Shown: piece after piece, positions 26,249 to 29,929 of the stretch | Layout of the letters: the number at the start of each line of letters is the position of its first letter | Numbering within the stretch: the stretch's first letter is position 1 | From: a virus | Lineage: Duplodnaviria > Caudoviricetes | DNA: 29,929 nt | Reading direction: 5' to 3' (one strand) | IMG/VR virus record: IMGVR_UViG_3300016665_000193 | Coordinates: 1-29,929 of that record | Program-made: the position numbers and the translations under genes | Notes under the pieces: generated by a model | What the model was told of the DNA's origin: nothing | Database searches by the model: none | The model's input: only the letters and a program-made list of their open reading frames with translations

Positions 26249-26583
26249 CGTCCATAATGGCGAAGCCATGGGCGAACACTTACTTGCTCCTCAAGGCGAT
26301 AGGCGCCTCCAGCGCGGTCATCGATGAGACATGGCGAGACTATCGGCGCAAGTACATGCGAAGCCAGAGATGGCAGGACATTCGGACAAAAGCACTCGAG
26401 CGGTCCTGTCGTGCATGTGAGCAGTGTGGCAAGCGTCAGGAGGATGGATACAAGCTCGATGTCCATCACCTGACATATATCAGACTAGGTGGCGAACAGA
26501 TGGAAGACGTGCAGGTCCTGTGCTACTTGTGCCATGGACAAATGCACTATCGACGCAGAGTTCGCCAGGAAGAGGCAGAATAG
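26227..26583 (+). CDS. HNH endonuclease next to the terminase genes
   Basis: RWQDIR, CEQCG, LDVHHLTY..LGGE and LCYLCH; GTG start inferred. Confidence 0.85.
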   Translation: MDTDKIITSIMAKPWANTYLLLKAIGASSAVIDETWRDYRRKYMRSQRWQDIRTKALERSCRACEQCGKRQEDGYKLDVHHLTYIRLGGEQMEDVQVLCYLCHGQMHYRRRVRQEEAE

Positions 26584-26587
26584 AATC

Positions 26588-26974
26588 ATGGCACGGGGTA
26601 ACACAACAGATCCAGAGATTCTCGCACAGGTTGAGTCGGCTTTGATTGCTGGTCAAAGTCCTTCGGTCATTGCACGGTCGTGTGGGTTACCACGCACGAC
26701 CATCATCTCGATTCGTGACCGAATGAAGGCACCTGTCGAAGGTAGTCGACACGACATCACCTCGACGATTCTCCCGACTAAGTCTCTTGATGACTTATTG
26801 ACATCCGTCCTAGAGGACAGCCTGAAGGCGCTACAGGCGATAGCACGAACAGCGCAAAGTGAGAGATACATCAATGGCCAATCAGCTGCCCAAATTGCAG
26901 CTCTCCATGAGCGCATTGCGAACTTCTCGGTTCAACTTCTCACCGCAGCTGCCGAACCTCCGGACAGTAACTAG
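26588..26974 (+). CDS. terS: Terminase small subunit (putative)
   Basis: N-terminal HTH (GQSPSVIARSCGLPRTTI), helical C-terminus, directly before terL. Confidence 0.7.
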   Translation: MARGNTTDPEILAQVESALIAGQSPSVIARSCGLPRTTIISIRDRMKAPVEGSRHDITSTILPTKSLDDLLTSVLEDSLKALQAIARTAQSERYINGQSAAQIAALHERIANFSVQLLTAAAEPPDSN

Positions 26975-28301
26975 CGCACAGACTGCGGTCTGTTATCTCG
27001 ACTATCTTCGCGACACGCTCCCGAATGGATGGTCGTACACTGCTCGGCATCTCATCGCTATCGCTTCGCACCTTGATGCAGTCGAGCGCGGTGAGATTGA
27101 CAGACTCGCGATTCACATGCCGCCACGCCACGGTAAGACCGAAACAGTAACCGTGCGCTACGGCGCCTATTGCATCGAGCGAGACCCGTTCGCGAACGTG
27201 CTGGTTACTGCCTACAACGAGCGCATCGCGAGACGCTTCAGCAGGAAGTCGAGACAGATTGTTTCGTCCAGGACTAAACTCTCGAAGGACAACACCGCAC
27301 AGGACGAATGGTCAATGCCAGAAGGTGGAACCTTCATGGCGCGTGGTGTTGGCTCTCCTCCAACTGGTGTGGGCTTCAGACGCATTATCATCGATGACCC
27401 GATTCGAAGTCGCGAGGATGCCGAATCCGCATTGTTCCGCGACAAAGCATGGGACTGGTACACGGACGACCTCTACACTCGCCTGGAACCGAAGGGCGCT
27501 CTCATCATCGTCTCGACACGCTGGCATCACGACGACATCACCAGCCGTGCGATCTCGAGTGAACCGCATCGATGGACGGTGCTCAATCTGCCGGCAATCG
27601 CGGAAGAATCTGACCAAATCGGTCGAATGCCTGGTGAAGCTCTCTGGCCTGAACGATACGACACGAAGGAACTCGGACGCATCAAGGAAGTCATGGTCGC
27701 GAACTCTGGAGACTACGGGTGGAGTGCTCTGTATCAGCAACGGCCGACACCACGCGAAGGAAGTTTCTTCAGGACTGAACGCATCACCATCGAAGCGTCT
27801 ACACCAAACTGTCAGAAGATGTCACGCGCCTGGGACCTCGCAGCGACAGCAGGGAGCGGAGACTTTACGGTCGGTGTGAAGATGGGGCGTGATGCTGATG
27901 GTCGCATCTGGATTCTCGATGTCGTTCGAGGACAGTTCGAGACAGATCAGCGAGACAAACTCATCAAACAGACAGCTGCACTTGATGGACGCGGTGTGCG
28001 TGTGCGCCTTCCACAGGACCCGGGGCAGGCAGGTAAATCGCAAGCGATGCACATGCTTAGACTCCTTCACGGAAGCGCGGTGAACATTTTGCCTGTGACT
28101 GGTGCAAAGGATGTTCGGGCTGAACCTTTCGCGTCACAGGTCGCTGGTGGAAACGTGTACATGGTCACGGGCGACTGGAACCGTACACTGTTGGATGAGC
28201 TTCGAGTGTTTCCACTCGGCAAGAACGACGACATCGTCGACGCTCTCACCGATGCATACGACGAGCTGGTCGGTCGTGGCGGTGGCTGGGGTGCAGTTTA
28301 G
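26907..28301 (+). CDS. terL: Terminase large subunit (start uncertain)
   Basis: MPPRHGKT Walker A, IIIDDP Walker B, TRWHHDD, AWDLA and DDIVDA nuclease motifs. Confidence 0.95.
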   Translation: MSALRTSRFNFSPQLPNLRTVTSAQTAVCYLDYLRDTLPNGWSYTARHLIAIASHLDAVERGEIDRLAIHMPPRHGKTETVTVRYGAYCIERDPFANVLVTAYNERIARRFSRKSRQIVSSRTKLSKDNTAQDEWSMPEGGTFMARGVGSPPTGVGFRRIIIDDPIRSREDAESALFRDKAWDWYTDDLYTRLEPKGALIIVSTRWHHDDITSRAISSEPHRWTVLNLPAIAEESDQIGRMPGEALWPERYDTKELGRIKEVMVANSGDYGWSALYQQRPTPREGSFFRTERITIEASTPNCQKMSRAWDLAATAGSGDFTVGVKMGRDADGRIWILDVVRGQFETDQRDKLIKQTAALDGRGVRVRLPQDPGQAGKSQAMHMLRLLHGSAVNILPVTGAKDVRAEPFASQVAGGNVYMVTGDWNRTLLDELRVFPLGKNDDIVDALTDAYDELVGRGGGWGAV

Positions 28302-28326
28302 GACATGATAGGAACACAATAGACAC

Positions 28327-29929
28327 ATGGGACTCTTTGACCGTTTCCGCAGCAAAGCGACTGCCGCACCAAATGCACTCCTGCCTCCGCCGCTGATTCA
28401 GCGACAGACGTCCTACTTCACCGGGACAGGGAATGGCGACTTCTGGAGTCTCCTGACGCGTAACCTTCCAGGCTCGAGTTTCAACTGGCGGAACCAGGCT
28501 GGCGACCTGATGCTTAACAGCATCGTCGCGATTGGAATGGACTGGTACATCAGAAACTGGAGTCAAGGTGTTCCAACGGTTCGCAGACCGATGCCTGATG
28601 GACAGGTCGAGACAGTCACAGACCATCCTATACTTCAACTCCTGGCGCAACCTACACCGAATGTTCCACCTTCGCTCGTCTGGTCGTGGATTCTGCCCGA
28701 CTACCAGCTTCTCGGAAATGCTTACTTCCGAAAGGTCCGCGTGTCTGGTCGTGTCGTTGGTTTGCAATACCTCGCCGCCGACATGATGCGTCCTGTCGGA
28801 AACAAGGTGAATCCACTCATCAAGTATCAGTACACGGTTGATGGAACTTCGTACGACATCGCGCTCGAGGACCTCATCCATATTCGATACGGTCGAGATC
28901 CGCAGGATTCACGATTCGGACGCTCTCCAATCACGTCCGTGCTTCGTGAGATTGCGACCGACAACGTCGCTGCATCAGCTGCGTTCGGCATGGTACGAAA
29001 CGGCGGAATGCCTTCCATTATGGTCGGACCAGATTATAAGGGCGGAGTCGAAGACCTGTCCGAAGACGATGCACGTCAGACAAAGCGAAAACTCCAGCAG
29101 GACTTCACCGGAGACAATGCCGGCAGTGTCCTGGTTATGACTGGTCCATTCAAGGTCGAGCAGGTCAGCCACAAACCATCAGAGATGGCATTCGATGAGA
29201 TTCGCCGGAAGCCAGAAGAGCGCGTATGTGCCGCTCTCGGTTTAAATCCGCTCGTCCTACAGCTCGGCAGCGGTCTCGAGCGTGCGACCTATTCCAACCT
29301 CGAGCAGGCTACACGCTCGGCATGGACCGACGGAATGATTCCACTTATGCGTCAGATGGCAGAAGCACTCACCATCGCACTCCTGCCTGACTACGAAGAA
29401 ACGCAACCGGGCGATTATCTTGAGTTTGATGTGTCCACTGTGCCATCACTCCAGGCCGACTTGAACGAGGACGCTGAGCGTGCTGAGCGACTTTACAAGG
29501 CTGGTATCGTGGACCTCGCCACAGCAAAGCGTGTCGCTGGTGTCACGCCTTCGGACGATGACGAAGGTTATTATCATCCGACAGCTGTTCCAGTGCAGAA
29601 GGATGGTCAGGAACTTCTCATTCCTGTTCAGTCTCCGGCGAAGGCATATGCAACCGAACAACCTCAAGACGAATCAGGACTGAAGTTTTTCCCGAATAAG
29701 GGAATGAAGGACGAAGCACGTCAAGCCATTGAATGGCGCGATGCCGGTCATGATGGCGGAACCGCTATCGCATGGGCGAGAGCAAACCAGATTCTGAACG
29801 GCGAGAAACTCAGCGAGTCGACTGTCCTTCGGATGTATTCCTTTTTTCGACGTCATGAAGTAGACAAGGAAGCCGAAGGATTCCGACCAGGCGAGGAAGG
29901 TTATCCGAGCGCCGGGCGTGTCGCATGGG
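28327..29929 (+). CDS. HK97-family portal protein with extra C-terminal domain (ends at 159 after the join; 579 aa)
   Basis: My translation, absent from the ORF track: HPILQLLAQP, LLGNAYF, LIHIR, GRSPI, NGGMPS, DNAGSVLV and ATYSNLEQA. Confidence 0.93.
   Translation, partial: MGLFDRFRSKATAAPNALLPPPLIQRQTSYFTGTGNGDFWSLLTRNLPGSSFNWRNQAGDLMLNSIVAIGMDWYIRNWSQGVPTVRRPMPDGQVETVTDHPILQLLAQPTPNVPPSLVWSWILPDYQLLGNAYFRKVRVSGRVVGLQYLAADMMRPVGNKVNPLIKYQYTVDGTSYDIALEDLIHIRYGRDPQDSRFGRSPITSVLREIATDNVAASAAFGMVRNGGMPSIMVGPDYKGGVEDLSEDDARQTKRKLQQDFTGDNAGSVLVMTGPFKVEQVSHKPSEMAFDEIRRKPEERVCAALGLNPLVLQLGSGLERATYSNLEQATRSAWTDGMIPLMRQMAEALTIALLPDYEETQPGDYLEFDVSTVPSLQADLNEDAERAERLYKAGIVDLATAKRVAGVTPSDDDEGYYHPTAVPVQKDGQELLIPVQSPAKAYATEQPQDESGLKFFPNKGMKDEARQAIEWRDAGHDGGTAIAWARANQILNGEKLSESTVLRMYSFFRRHEVDKEAEGFRPGEEGYPSAGRVAW
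29908..29929. repeat. Terminal direct repeat, right copy
   Basis: Identical to 1-22. Confidence 0.95.

Noticed and set aside
29908-29929. 22-bp terminal repeat as a biological DTR or att site
   Set aside because: It lies inside the portal ORF and has the length of an assembler k-mer overlap; it shows circularity only
1-29929. Apparent excess of TCGA as a signal motif
   Set aside because: Plausibly from ATC/GTC/CTC followed by GAN codon pairs; cannot be judged without a codon-aware k-mer test
1-29929. tRNA or rRNA genes
   Set aside because: Intergenic gaps are few and none shows a cloverleaf with a T-loop GTTCRA context

Overview
A complete, circularly assembled ~29.9 kb siphovirus-type phage genome. 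The first 22 nt repeat the last 22 nt, and the portal ORF reads in frame across the join. Plus-strand morphogenesis genes: HNH, terS, terL, portal, MuF, HK97 protease and capsid, neck genes with two holin-like genes and a mosaic beta-helix appendage embedded among them, tail tube, a -1 frameshifted chaperone, tape measure, two tail-tip proteins and a CHAP endolysin. A minus-strand operon carries an ERF recombinase, an HNH and thyX. A plus-strand early/middle block carries a Cro-like HTH, an RpoD/RpoS-like sigma factor, VRR-NUC, a RepB-type primase, a PriCT-AAA helicase, an iteron/hairpin origin and an SSB-like protein. I recognised no integrase, DNA polymerase, tRNA or CRISPR array. The most striking signal is five DUF2829/Tad2-like (immune-signal sponge family) domains. 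Four lie in a head-to-tail, translationally coupled array at 24935-26248, led by an HTH-HTH-Tad2-like fusion. They have conserved ends, unrelated cores (AT-rich in several units) and a repeated junction in which the C-terminal DWE codons supply the next gene's Shine-Dalgarno. This looks like an expandable anti-defence cassette array with a possible built-in signal-sensing regulator. All family assignments come from motifs recognised by eye, not database searches.
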